From assembly GCA_963514005.1 (NCBI GenBank), contig OY740805.1, positions 42,222,001-42,286,000 on the forward strand: DNA of 64,000 nt, written 5' to 3'. The notes beneath the pieces are model-generated. The model was given only the letters and a program-made list of their open reading frames with translations. It was not told where the DNA came from and made no database searches. Of this stretch, positions 1 through 13,244 are shown in pieces. The stretch comes from Raja brachyura. Lineage: Eukaryota. A program made the position numbers and the translations under genes. The first letter of the stretch is position 1. Each line of letters opens with the position of its first letter.

Positions 1-278
1 ACAAAGAGAGGGGGGCACAGTGACGCAGCTCTTCACAGCTACAGGGACCTGGGTTCAATCCTGAATTTGAACAGCTAGATACCAAATTGTACAGCAGAAC
101 CAAGAAGGTAATAATCTCTGGATTGCTGCTTGAGCCGAGAGCAAATTAGCACAGAGTTGAGAGGATTAGAGAGTTGAACGCGTGGATCAAAGACTGAAGT
201 GGAAGGTGTGGATTTGAATCTGTGGGACATTGGCCCCAGTATTGGGGAAGGAGGGAAGTGTTCCGACGGGATGGACTT

Positions 279-386
279 CACTTGAACCCGGCTGGGACCA
301 GACTCCACTTGAACCCGGCTGGGACCAGACTCTACTTGAACCCGGCTGGGACCAGACTCCACTTGAACCCGGCCGCGACCAGACTG
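279..386 (+). repeat. 27-bp tandem repeat x4 (CACTTGAACCCGGCTGGGACCAGACTC) inside CR1 ORF1 remnant
   Basis: Directly visible; translates to (LHLNPAGTR)n. Confidence 0.9.
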
Positions 387-1099
387 CTGGTAAACCGTAT
401 AACTAGGGCAGACACAAAATGCTGGAGTTACTCAGCGATACAGGCAGCATCGCTGAAGATAAAGAATGGGTCTCAGGTCGATATAACTAGGGCAGCAGAT
501 AAAGTAAACGTACGTGTACGTGTGTGTGTGTGTGTGTACGTGTGTGTACGTGTACGTGTGTGTGTGTGTGTGTGTGTGCCTTCTTCACAGTAGAAGACAC
601 ATGTCTTAAATGCAAGAGATCAGGGGATGGAAGTTAGTGGAGTGGCTATTACGAAGGAGAAGGTGCTTGGGAAGCTGAAATGGCTGAAGGTGGATACGTC
701 ACCTGGATTGGATAGACTGTACCCCAGGGTTCTGAAAGAGGTGGCTTTAGAGATTGTGGACGCATTAATGCATAGATAGCATCTGTGATATTTCAAGCAT
801 CACTAGAGTCAGGAGTGGTTCCAGATGATTGGAAATTTGCCAATATTACCCCGCTGTACAAGAAGGGAGCAAAGCAGAATATTGGGAACTAGAGGCCGGT
901 TAGTCTGACTTTGGTAGTTGGTAAGATTTCAGAATCCATTATAAAGGCTGAGATTACGGAGAACTTGGTTCATGATAAAATAGGTCAAAGTCAGCACTGT
1001 TTTGTGAAGGGGAGATCTTGCCTGACGAATCTGCAGGAATACTTTGCAGAAGTAAACAGCAGGACAGACAAAGGAGAGTTTGTAGATGTTGTTTATCTA

Positions 1100-2512
1100 T
1101 TTATCATATTTAACACCTCGCTGAACCAGGCGGTCGTCCCATTATGTTTCAAGACTGCCACCATCATACCTGTGCCAAAAAATCCAACATACAATGTCTC
1201 AATGACTACCGCCCTGTAGCACTCACCCCCATAATGATGAAGTGCTTCGAGAGGCTGGTCAGGGACCACATCACCTCCAGACTCCCCTCCACACTCGACC
1301 CATACCAGTTTGCTTACAGGCCAAACCGCTCCACAGAGGACGCTATATCCTCCGTGCTCCATCTGAGCCTGGAACATTTAGAGGAGAAAAACACCTATGT
1401 GCGAATGCTGTTCGTGGATTCCAGTTCAGCATTCAACACCATTATCCCCCAGCACCTGATAAGCAAACTGGTTCCATTGGGCCTCGGCACCCCCATGTGT
1501 AACTGGCTACTGGACTTCCTCACTGACAGACCTCAGTCTGTGAGGGTTGGAAATAACACCTCCAATACCATCTCTCTAAGCACCGGCTCCCCTCAGGGCT
1601 GCGTCCTGAGTCCACTGCTGTTCACCCTGATGACTCACGACTGTTGTGCCAGGTTTAGTACAAACCACATCATGAAGTACGCAGATGACACAACAGTGGT
1701 GGGCCTCATCAGGGACGACAATGAGCTGGCTTACAGGGAGGAGGTGAAACAACTGGTGGACTGGTGCAATACGAACAACCTGATCCTGAATGTCGAGAAA
1801 ACAAAGGAGATTATCGTCGACTTCAGGAAAACCCGGCACAGTCCCACACCACTTCACATCAATGACAGCGATGTGGAGGTGGTCAGTAGCACAAAGTTCC
1901 TGGGGGTGCAGGTCACTAACAGTCTGACCTGGTCGACTAACATCTCATCAACTGTTAAGAGAGCGCAGCAGCGGTTGCACTTTCTGCGCAGGATGAGAAG
2001 AGCTCATCTCCCCCATCCCATCCTCACTACTTTCTACAGGGGCACCATAGAGAGTATTCTGACCAGCTGTATCTCTGTCTGGTTTGGGGACTGTAGAGCC
2101 TCCGACTGGAAGTCTGTGCAGAGAGTGGTGAGGACAGCGGAAAAAATCATCGGGACCTCTCTCCCCTCAATCGGGGATATTGCGACCAAACGCTGTTTGT
2201 CTAAGGCCAGCAGTATCATAAAGGACCCCACACATCTCCATCACGGACTGTTCACTCTGCTGCCCTCGGGAAAAAGATACCGCAGCATGAGGAGCAGAAC
2301 ATCAAGGTTCCGCAACAGCTTCTTCCCACGAGCCATCAGACTCCTGAATGCCATGTAAATGGGCTGCCACTATTGTCTATTTACCCTTTTCATACATACC
2401 TATCCTTCGGTTAATTTATTGTGTTGCACAGGGAGCCAAATGCAACGTAATTTCGTTTGGACCTGCATATATCAATGTATTTCTAAATGACAATAAAGTT
2501 TGTTTGACTTGA
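1100..2512 (+). mobile_element. 5'-truncated Rex1/Babar LINE with uninterrupted RT-C-terminal ORF (1144-2358)
   Basis: [36 protein letters not shown] motifs; AATAAA plus (TTGAC)n tail; CTA on both flanks. Confidence 0.92.
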
Positions 2513-3059
2513 CTAGATTTTCAGAAAGCCTTTGATAAGGTGCCACACGTGAGGCTGCTCAGGAAGATGAGAGCCCATGGTATCAAAGGGCAGATACTAG
2601 CATGGATAGCAGGTTGGCTGGATGGCAGAAGGCAAAGTGTGGCAATAAAGGGGGTTATTCTGGTTGGCTGCCAGTGACTAGCGGAGTTCTGTGGGGGTTG
2701 GTGCTGGGGCCGCTACTCTTCACGTTGTGTATTACTGATTTGGACGACGGGATAGAAGGCTTTGTGGCCAAGTTTGCGGATGATATGAAAATAGGTGGAG
2801 GGGCAGGTAGTGTGGAGAAAGTAGTGACTCTGCAGAAGGACTTGGACAGGTTGGGAGAGTGGGCAGAGAAGTGGCAGATGCAATATAGTGTAGCAAAGTG
2901 TGGAGTCATGCATTTTGGTAGTAGGAATAAAGATGCAGACTATTTTCTACATGGGGAGGGAATCCAGAAATCGGAGGTGCAAAGCGACTTGGGAGTGCTG
3001 GTGCAGGATTCCCCAAATGTTAATCTGGAAGTCAAATCAGTAGTAAAGAAACCAAATGC

Positions 3060-3928
3060 TTTCTGCCTCTGGCTGCTACAAATGTGAGAAGTGCATCCAG
3101 GTCCAGCTCCTGAAGGACCGTGTTGGGGAACTGGAGAAGCAAGTGGATGACCTCAGGTTCGTCCAAGAAACTGGGTCGTTCCTCGACAAGTCCTACAGTA
3201 AGATTGTTACACCTAAGGTACTGGAAGAGAGAAGGTGGGTGACGGTGAGAAAGGGAGGGAAACATGGAATGCAAAGGTCCCCGGGTGTTGTACCTCTTGT
3301 GAACAGGTTCACCCACTTAGAAGCTGTCGGGACAGAAGGCATTATCATACTGAGCGGCGGACTGGCTTACGAAGCAAAAAGTGCTGTTGAGCCAAAACCA
3401 AAGAGGCCAACGTCAGGCAACGCCATTGTAGTTGGAGACTCCATTGTGAGAGGTGCGGACAGGGGTTTCTGCAGGAACACACGGGATTCGAGGATGGTGT
3501 GCTGCCTTCCTGGTGCCAGGATCCAGGATGTCACGGACAGAGTGCAGAAAATCCTCAAGGGCGAAGGTGAACAGCCGGAAGTGGTAGTGCATGTCTGCAC
3601 AAACGATGTTGGAAAGAAGGGGATGAATATTCTGCAGCGTGACTTTAGAGAGCTCGGAAAAATGTTGAAAAGCAGGACCTCCAGGGTTGTTATCTCTGGT
3701 TTGCTTCCAGTTCGTCGTGCTGGCGAGAGCAGGAACAGGGAGATACAGGACCTGAATGTGTGGCTGAGGAACTGGTGCAGGGGGCAGGGATTTAGATTCT
3801 TAGATCACTGGGATCTGTTTTGGAGTAAGGGGAAACTGTACAAAAGGGACGGATTGCATCTTAACAGGTGGGGGACCAGCATTCTGGCAGGCAGGTTTGC
3901 CACTGCTACATGGGTGGTTTTAAACTGA
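3060..3928 (+). CDS. CR1 ORF1 (5'-truncated): CxxC, leucine zipper, SGNH/GDSL esterase
   Basis: CEKC, LKDRVGELEKQVDDL, GDSIVRG, CLPGA, VHVCTND (G>C), DGLHLN. Confidence 0.85.
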
Positions 3929-6168
3929 ATAAGGGGGATGGGGTGTCAAATGGGATAGTCGAGGATGGAGTTAAAGGGAAAGAGAGTAAAGGGAAAGCTA
4001 ATGATCCCAGAATTAATGGGAAAGGCTCACAAAGGGATAGGAGAGTACGGCCAAGTGTAATAGGGATCGATGTAAAAGGTGAGATGCGTAAGGAATTAAA
4101 AGTATTGTATATGAATGCGCAAAGTATAAGAAGTAAAATAGATGAGCTCGAGGCTCAGTTAGAGGTTGGTAGATATGACATTGTGGGGATTACTGAGACG
4201 TGGCTGCAGGAGGATCGGGCCTGAGAACTTAATATTCAGGGTTATACATCCTATAGAAAGGACAGGCAGGTGGGCAGAGGAGGGAGGGGGGTAGCTCTGC
4301 TGGTGAGGGATGGAATTCAGTCCCTTGCGAGGGAAGACATAGGGACTGACGAGGTAGAGTCACTGTGGATTGAGTTGAGGAATTGTAAAGGCAAGAAGAC
4401 ACTAATTGGTGTTATATACAGATCCCCAAATAGTAGCCGTGATGTAGGTTGTAAGTTGCAGCAGGAGTTAAAACTGGCATGTAACAAAGGTAATGTCACT
4501 GTGGTGATGGGGATTTCAATATGCAGGTAGACTGGGAAAATCAGGTTGGTTCAGGACCCCAAGAAAGAGAGTTTGTAGAATGCCTCCGAGATGGATTCTT
4601 AGAGCAGCTTGTAATGGAGCCGACCAGAGAAAAGGCAATTCTGGATTTAGTGTTGTCCAATGAACCAGATATGATAAGAGAACTCGAGGTAAAGGAACCG
4701 CTTGGAGGCAGTGATCATAATATGACTAGGTTTAATCTGCAAATGGAGAAGGAGAAGAGTAAATCGGAAGTGTCAGTGATACAGTTGAACAAAGGGGACT
4801 ATGAAGGCATGAGAGGGGAGCGGGCCAAGGTAGACTGGAATGGGATCCTAGCAGGAATGACGGTGGAACAGCAATTGAAGGAATTTCTGGGCATTATCCA
4901 AAAAACGCAGGATAATTTCATTCCAAAAAGGAAGAAAGATTCTAAGGGGAGTAGGAGGCAACCGTGGCTGAAAAGAGAAGTTAGGGATAGAATCAAACTA
5001 AAAGAAAAGATGTGAGCAGTAAGTAGCCGGAAGCCAGAGGATTGGGAAACATTCATAGGATAACAGAAAGAAACAAAACGGGCAATACGGACAGAAAAGA
5101 TGAAGTACGAAGGGAAGCTTGCCAGGAATATAAAGAAGGCGAGTAAAAGCTTCTTTAGATATGTTAAGAGAAAAAGAGTAGCAAAGTCAAATGTGGGTCC
5201 CTTGAAGGCAGACACGGGTGAAATGATTATGGGCAACAAGGAAATGGCAGAAGGGTTCAACGGGTAACCCTTCACTAAGGAAGACACAAACAATTTCCCA
5301 GATGTACTGGTGGACAGAGGATCTAAGCGGGTAGAGGAACTGAAATAAATTTTCATTAGGCGAGAAATAGTATTGGCTAGGCTAATGGGAGTGAAGGACG
5401 ATAAAACCCCAGGGCCTGATGGTCTGCATCCCAGGGTCCTCAGGGGGATGGCTCTAGACATAGTAGACGCATTGGTGATTATTTTCCAATGTTCAATAGA
5501 TTCAGGATCAGTTCCTGTGGATTGGGGGATAGCTAATGTTATCCCATTTTTCAAGAAAGGAGCAAGAGAGCAAACGGGGAATTACAGACCAGTTAGTGTG
5601 ACTTCGGTGGTGGGAAAGATGCTTGAGTCAATTATTAAAGAGGTAATAATGGGGCATTTGGATAGCAGTAAAAGGATTAGTCCAGGTCAACATGGATTTA
5701 TGAAAGGGAAATCATGCTTGACTAATCTTAGAAACATAGAACATAGAAAAATAGGTGCAGGAGGTAGGCCATTCAGCCCTTCGAGCCTGCATCGCCATTC
5801 AGTGTGATCATGGCTGATCATCCAACTCAGTATCCCGTACCTGCCCGCTCTCCATACCCCCTGATCCCTTTAGCCACAAGTGCCACTTCTAACGCCCTCT
5901 TAAATATAGCCAATGAACTGGCCTCAACTACCTTCTGTGGCAGAGAATAGTGAGATTGAACAAGAACTTACCAGTTCGAAGGTTGATCTTTATTTCATGA
6001 GGAGTTGCGGTGAGGGATTTCGTGAAGAGCCCGCCGGCACGCATGCGCGACATTCTTCAAGGTAGCGGTGTGGAATCACAGAAAACAACAACAGAAATGA
6101 CTTGGCATAGTAAGATTGAAGAGACTCTAATTACCAGTTGAGTATGATCGAGGGTTGGGAGCGGAGGG

Positions 6169-6280
6169 CACGAAATCCCTCACCGCAACTCCTCATGAAA
6201 TAAAGATCAACCTTCGAACTGGTAAGTTCTCGTTCAATCTCACTATTTCATTTCAGAGTCACGTGAGTGACTTCGTGAAG
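6169..6280. other. DIRS internal complementary region (ICR)
   Basis: 6169-6244 is the reverse complement of 5949-6024; 6245-6280 is the reverse complement of 11242-11277. Confidence 0.92.
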
Positions 6281-6439
6281 ACTTCAAAGCTCTGTGATTC
6301 CACGCCCTGGACCACGTCCATGCTGTCACACACCACTTATGAGGATGGATAGGAGTAATCAACTTTCCAGACTGCTTGTACTGAAAGACAAGAGCAACAT
6401 TGGTTAACAACAAAAGAAAACCCCTTATTCGGGGACATC

Positions 6440-7390
6440 TCCACGTTCTTGACCTGCATTCAGCACGGCCTCCGCGAACTGTAGAGGAGCGGCAACAGAT
6501 GTATTGTAGAACCACTGGAAGGTGGCTTCATTCGCCATCCTACTGTGGCAAGAATATGGTCCATGGGCACCTCCATGACCCTTGCCGCCGACGTTGATGC
6601 ATGCCCTGGTGGAATGGGATTTGAAGATATTAGTGTCAACACGTGACTTACCCAAGACGATCCTGAGCCACCTGGATATCGTCTGGACCGTCACTCTATG
6701 GTGAGGGTTCTCCATTCCTTTAGTTTTCTCGTCCCTTTCACAAAGTGACGGATATGGGCGGCTAAACATAGCCGTGCATCAGCGGGGTATGCCAGGAACT
6801 TCAGCTGCAGCCCTGTGTACCCAGGTCTATGCTGCTTGAGTAGCTCGTCTATGACGAAGACTACTTCCGCAGGGGTAGAGATCATCCTGTCGATCTGGAT
6901 TTTGCGGAGTGTCTGTACCCTCTGCGCTGAAGTCAGTGCCAGTAACATCACCAGCTTCAGGGTGAGTTTGTCCAGTTCCAGGCCCTCCATGGGCGACCAC
7001 GTCCTGAGCAGGGTGAGTATTTCCCCGATATCCCAGGTGATATTATAGCGTGGTCTGGGCGGATTCGAATTGAATATTTCCCGCATGAGTCTGGACACCA
7101 GCCTGTTGGATCCTACCTTAATATTGAGGTAGAATGACAGCGCACTTGAGGCGCTGTTGATGGCACTGTAGCTCAGGTGTTCATTATGATGCAACCCCGT
7201 CAGAATTCCAATACGTCGGTTATGGTTACAGCGTCGTAGGTAATATGGGAGCGGCCGCAGTAGGTTTCCCATTTCCGGATGTGAGAGAGGTATTGCCGCC
7301 TGGTGAACTCCCAGCATGACGCTCCGATGGTATCCATGGTTCTAGATGATATGCCATACCGCAGTAATGGCCTGTGCAGAACCTCCAAGC
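6440..7390 (-). pseudogene. DIRS tyrosine recombinase (frameshifted)
   Basis: AINSASSALS, LKLVMLLALTSAQRVQTL, FKSHSTRA, HILATVGW. Confidence 0.85.
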
Positions 7391-7449
7391 CAACATGTTT
7401 AGATGACTGTGGCAGGGATGTGGTCCCCCTGAGACAGGGTTTGTACCAA

Positions 7450-8180
7450 TTATGGGCAACCCTCTAAGAGGACCCAAGGTTGACTGATCATATCAAGGAC
7501 CACCGGATACCATGGCTGCGTAGGCCAGTCGGGTATGATAAGAATACCCTTAGCAGCATTTGTCTGGATTACCCGCAACACCCGACTGATGAGGCAAAAT
7601 GGAGGAAAGACATAGAAACCCATTTCCCTCAGTCCAGCGAGACGCATCCATCGCCATTGCCCCAGGATCGGGTCCCACAAACGTATGTTGGTACCTGATG
7701 GTTCAACCGTGACGCAAAGAGGTCGATATCCGGTTCACCAAATTTGGCAGTAATTTTAGCGGATATTTGGAGATTCATCATCCACTTGATGTGGTCATAG
7801 AATTTGCGTGACCTGATGTCCGCCACTGTGTAGAGCTCACCTGGGAAACAGGTAGCTGAAATCCAAATAGTCCGTCGAACACACCAGAGCCAAATTGTAT
7901 TTGTCAATTCATCACATGAAAGTCACCTGGTACCGCCCATATGGTTTAGATATGCCACCGCAGTGGTATTATTCATTTGGAGACGGACATGAGCATCAGT
8001 AAGGCTAGAACAATAAGCTCGAAGTCCGTGAAATGCTCCCAGCATCTCCAAATAGTTTATTTCTTGTGACAACAAGAAGGTAAATTCAAGGGTGTCCCAT
8101 CTGCCCTCACAACTGGAGCAGTTGTCCATAGCACCCCGGACATGGGAGCTTGCGTCTGTTTGTAAGTATACCATCGGATT
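7450..8180 (-). pseudogene. DIRS RNase H and N6-adenine methyltransferase-like domains (broken)
   Basis: QTDASS, INYLEML, NNTTAVAYLNHMGGTR; DIDLFASRLNHQ, YVFPPF, IPDWPTQPWYP. Confidence 0.85.
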
Positions 8181-11100
8181 GGCCAAAATGATGGATTTAA
8201 GTGAGACATAAATATTGTCAATCCTCCATTGTAACGCAATCTGTGCCTTGAAAGGCAGCTGCATTGGTCTATGGAAATGTCTAGCGTTCAGTTTTATCGC
8301 CGAGACCTTGGCGTTCTGCAAATTTGATAATGCAAAGGCCCGTATTGGGCAGCTGGAAAAACACTACAATCTTGCCAATCACCTTAGTAGTTTGTTGAAT
8401 TGATGGTATATTGGCCCAGACGAGACCCTACCATAGTTGGGTGACATCGCCAACCTAGTTAGTTGGTATGGTGGCCCTCACGTGATTGGAATCCACCGTA
8501 ACCCCAGATACCCTTAACCTGTGAAGGGCAGGACGTTGATTTATCTGGATGGGTAATGAACCCCATTTGCTGAAAAAATTTCCATGGGCTGAAACTGCCA
8601 GTTCGGCTGATTCCCAATAATTAGGATATCACCTAGACAGGCCAACACTATGTGATTTTGTCTCCTGGTGTAGCCAGTATTGATTGGAGCAATTTAGAAA
8701 TAATCTAGGGGTGTGTAAGCCCATTTGGTAAAGCTCTGTATAGCCAGAGCTGATCCATCCAGATAAATGGCAAGAACGTCCTGTGGCATTTCTGAATGGA
8801 TACTGAATGGCATGCATCTTTTAATCAATGCATGCCACAAAGCAGCCCCCAGAACCCAAGAACTTAGATGTCTGGAACGTTTCCAGTTTGAAATGGGTAT
8901 ATTCTACAAAAGTATTCAAATGGTTCAAATCAAAAAATAACCCGACATCCTCCATCCCTCCTTGTGACTGTAAATTTTTCAGCATAGCCTACTGCCGCTC
9001 TTTGCTGGACAGTGTAAATTTCCGATCTGCATATGCTGGGATGGAGGGATGTCACCATTGATGAATTCAATCGCATGGCCTTGAATACTTTGTAAGATAA
9101 ACTCATCAGACGTGATGGGACCGCATGCCCCCGGAAAGAGCCGTAGTCTCCCACCAACATGTGAAGTTCAACATGCAGGTGCATGAAATCCAGACCACCT
9201 TACCGTCATGGTTATCGGCGGCCCTTGAGATGCATGGCCGGATGTGGAGGTGCTGGATTCTGAAAATTGAGGCGGAGCTGGAGCGGAGGCCCTTGCTGGC
9301 CTAATGGCAGGGCCTTGCCTGGTCGAGATATGTGACCACATGAGTCCCACCATCGTAGCGTGGTCATCCCGCTCCTGGACCCTCTTGGGGAGGTCTTCCC
9401 CGAAAATTTTGATTCTGTTGCAGGAGGAGCTCCAACATCCGCTCCATCCTGGCCAATACGCCCCTCGGCCTTAGAACTCGGGCGGACGGAGTCCTTATGT
9501 TCTGCTGAACTGCTGGGGCTTCGTCCATCGGTCCGCACCTCGTCGAGGTGAACCCGGTGCCGGAAGTTGTCGCCGGCAGCCGCTGCAGCGAAGCTGAGCG
9601 ATTCCCGCGCGGGAGGTACGCTCAAACGCCTCCTCGGCGGAGCTTGATCCCGCTGCCCCGGAGGGCAAATGCGGCGGGGAGTCGGCACCTGACTTAGCAT
9701 GGAGACCCGACGCCCGCGCGGGCTTGCCGGCTGCCCACATCATGGACCTTGCCGACGCATGGTCTCGTCCTCCCATCCATGCGGGACTCGGCGACCGTGG
9801 CGTATTGACTATGGGCTCGTTGAAGGGAGTAGCAGTTCGCTGGGCTTTGTGACTGGTTTTAAGGCCTCCGATAGGACCTCCTCCTGGAGCTGATGTTTGG
9901 TCAGGAAGTCCACGGTGGCTGCCAGTTTGGGGTTGCGGGGGTAGTCCCGATGTCTCTGACAATCCTCTGGCTGCCTCAGGCTCCTGCTGACGATGGTGAA
10001 ACCTCCCTGTGCCCACTGGAGCTGGATGCTTCCTCCCGATGAATCTGTTGCAGGAGGAGCTCCAGTAGCCGCTTCATGCGGCCAATACGCCCTTCACCCT
10101 GAACACTCGGGCGGTCGGAGTCCTCAGGCTCTGAAGCACTGCCGAGGCTCCTATCATCGGCCCGCACCTCGTCGAGGTGAACCCGGTGCCGGTATTTGTC
10201 GCTGCCAGCCGCCGCAGCGAACTGAGCGATTCCCGCGCGGGAGGTGTGTTCAACCGCCTCCGTTTGGCGGGAGCTGAAGCCGCTGCTACTGAGGGCAAAT
10301 GCGGCGGGGAGTCGGCACCAGCCTCAGCATGGAGACCCGACGCCCGCGCGGGCTTGCCGGCTGCCCACGTCGTGGACCTTGCCGACGCATGGTCTCGTCC
10401 CCCCATTCATTGGGGACTCGGCGACCGTGGCGGGACCCTACCCAAATGACCCGTCCCGGCGTCGGAGGTTGGGGGGTCGACACTGCCTCACAGTGGACCT
10501 GGGTCCCGCCTTTGAACCAGTCCGCAACTCGGCGGCAGGTAATGCCTTAGCCCCAGAAGGGTTAGGCTTGCGAGCTCCTTCCCTCCCCCTACTCGGAGGG
10601 CTGAGGGAGAAGGGCCGTGCAGCCGCACGCGAGCCCTTGCCCGAGGCCGCCAACGGGCCCGTTGGCGACCTGAATACTGAAGCAGGGTCCATCTGCCCCT
10701 TGCGCACTGGAGCTTCTGCTCCTCGAATCAGCACTGGAGCCCCTGCACAGCGGCGGGTCGGGCCCTGTAACAACAGGGCTCCCCGACTTCCACGCCCATT
10801 TCCCGGCCACGTACCTGTGAGGAGAGAACACACTTCATACTCGCCACAACAGGACACCAACTCCCACTGGAGCTCCGGTGTATCGGCGGGTCCAGCCCTG
10901 TACCAACAGGGCTCCCCGACTACCACGCCTATTTCCCGGCCCGACTCGCAGGTGAGCCGTTGAGGAGGACTCCGGGATAAGTGGCCGGCGACTCCAAATC
11001 CGCACCTTGTCGAGGTGAACCCGGTGCCGGTATTTGTCGCTGCCAGCCGCCGCAGCGAACTGAGCGATTCCCGCGCAGGAGGTGTGTTCAACCGCCTCCG

Positions 11101-13244
11101 TTTGGCGGGAGCTGAAGCCGCTGCCACTGAGGGCAAATGCGGCGGGGAGTCGGCACCAGCCTCAGCATGGAGCCGCGCTCCCCACCAGCCGTCGGCAGCA
11201 ATGCGTTGCGAAGATATGTCGCGCATGCGTGCCGGCGGGCTCTTCGCGAAGTCACTCACGTGACTCCGAAATGAAATTCCAGAGACTCACCACTCTCTGT
11301 GTAAAGAATGTTTTCCTCATCTCGGTCCTAAAGGAATTTCCCCCTTATCCTTAGACTGTGACCCCTTGTTCTGGACTCCCCCAACATCGGGAACAATCTT
11401 CCAGCATCTAGCTTGTCCAACCCCTTAAGAATTTTGTAAGTTTCTATAAGATCCCCCCTCAATCTTCTGGAATTTTTTGAGGATGTGACAAGTAAAATGG
11501 ATGAAGGGGTGCCAGCGGATGTAGTATATGTAGACTTTCAGAAAGCCTTTGATACGGTCCCGCACGGGAGACTGGTGACTAAAATTAGAGAACATGGTAT
11601 TGGAGGTAGGGTGTTGACATGGATAGAAAATTGGTTGGCAGACCGGAAGCAAAGAGTAGGAGTGAACGGGTCCTTTTCAGAATGGCAGGCAGTGACGAGT
11701 GAAGTGCCACAAAGCTCTGTGTTGGGGCCGCAACTGTTTACCATTTATATTAATGATTTGGAAGAGGGAATTATGAGCAACACTAGCAAGTTTGTGGATG
11801 ACACAAAGCTGGGTGGCAGTGTGAACTGTGAAGAGGATGTTGGGAGGTTGCAGGGAGACCTGCACAGGTTGAGTGAGTGGGCAGATGCGTGGCAGATGCA
11901 GAATATAGATAAATGTGAGGTTATCCACGTTGGTGGCAAAACAAGGCGGCAGATTATTATCTCAATGGGGTTAGGTTAGGTAAGGGGGAGGTGCAGCGAG
12001 ACCTGGGCCTATCACCTACCACTGAAAGTTGGCTGACAGGTACAGCAGGCAGTGGAGAAAGCTAATGGAATGTTGCCCTTCATAACAAGAGGATTTCAGT
12101 ATAGGAGTAAAGAGGCTCTTCTGCAGTTGTGTAGGGCTCTGGTGAGACCACATCTGGACTATTGTGTACAGTTTTGGTCTCCTAATTTGAGGAAGGACAT
12201 CCTTGCGATTGAGGAAGTGCACTATCGGTTCACGAGATTGATCCCTGGGATAGCGGGACTGTCATATGAGGAAAGATTGAAAAGAATAGGCTTGTATTCA
12301 CTAGAGTTTAGGATGAGGGGGGATCGTATAGAAACATGTAACATTATAAAAGGACTGGACAAGCTGGATGCAGGAAAAATGTTCCCAATGTTGGGCGAGT
12401 CCAGAACCAAGGGCCACAGTCCTAGAATAAAGGGAAGGTCATTTAAGTCTGATGTGAGAAAAAACGTTTTCACCCAGAGAGTTGTGAATTTATGGAATTC
12501 CCTGCCACAGAGGGCAGTGGAGGCCAAGTCACTGGGTGGATTTAAGAGCGAGTTAGAGCTCTAGGGGCTTGTGGAGTCAAGGGATATGGGGAGAAGGCAG
12601 GCATGGGTTATTGATAGGGGACGATCAGCCATGATCACAATGAATGGCGGTGCTGGCTCGAAGGGCCGAATGGCCTCCTCCTGCACATATTTCCTATGTT
12701 TCTATGTTTCTTAAACGCAATGCTAGCATTTGTTTGAAGAGGGCTAGTATACAAAATTAGGGATGTAATGCTGAGGCTCCATAAGGTGTTGGTCAGCCCG
12801 CATTTGAAGCAATTTTGGGCACCTTATCTGAGGAAGCATATGCTGGCTCTGGAGCGGGTCCAGAGGAGGTGTATTCCAAGAATGATCCCAGGAATGAGTG
12901 GGTTAACATATGATGAGTGTTTGACGGCACTGGGCCTGTACTCACTGGAGTTTAGAACAACGAGGGGGGACCTCATTGAAGCTTACAGAATAGTGAAAGG
13001 CTTGGATAGAGTGGATGTGGAGAGGATGTTTCCACTGTCGGAAGAGTCTTGGATAGACACAAAAAGCTGGAGTAACTCAGCGGGACAGGTAGCATCTCTG
13101 GAGAAAAGGAATGGGTTCATTCTCTCCAGAGATGCTGCCTGTCCCGCTGAGTTACTCCAGCTTTCTGTGTCTATATGTGGTCTGAAGGATCTTTTCCTGT
13201 ACTGTTCTATGTTCTATGTTTTGTTCTGAGCGTAGTCACTGTAT

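Larger units (their letters stand above)
5949..11277 (-). mobile_element. DIRS1-type tyrosine-recombinase retrotransposon with both termini, ITRs and ICR; coding regions decayed
   Basis: YR, methyltransferase-like, RNase H and RT remnants; ITR 6021-6055 vs 11212-11250; ICR 6169-6280; AAT at both junctions. Confidence 0.93.
5730..11460 (-). mobile_element. Inverted CR1 3' fragment (5730-5948 + 11278-11460) split by DIRS
   Basis: Reverse-complement CR1 tail at 5730; joins as GGCAGAGAAT|TCCAGAGACTCACC (compare 27909-27935); AATCTT at 5724-5729 and 11461-11466. Confidence 0.9.
3060..12712 (+). mobile_element. Near full-length CR1 LINE (ORF1 + decayed ORF2), interrupted at 5730-11460
   Basis: APE motifs (GITETWL, SDHN), RT pieces either side of the insert, (CTATGTTT)n tail; degenerate TSD AAATGC 3054-3059 / AAACGC 12713-12718. 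Confidence 0.92.
150..13048 (+). mobile_element. Degenerate CR1 LINE (host element), present as pieces 150-1099, 2513-3059 and 12713-13048
   Basis: ORF1 esterase end (DGLHLN) at ~270, RT pieces (SQHCFVKGRSCLTNL, KFADD), C-terminal CR1 motifs; pieces rejoin exactly when compared with the paralog at 49.2-50.8 kb. Confidence 0.9.

Noticed and set aside
9212-11259. Many overlapping GC-rich ORFs as host genes
   Set aside because: They lie within the DIRS termini; high GC suppresses stops
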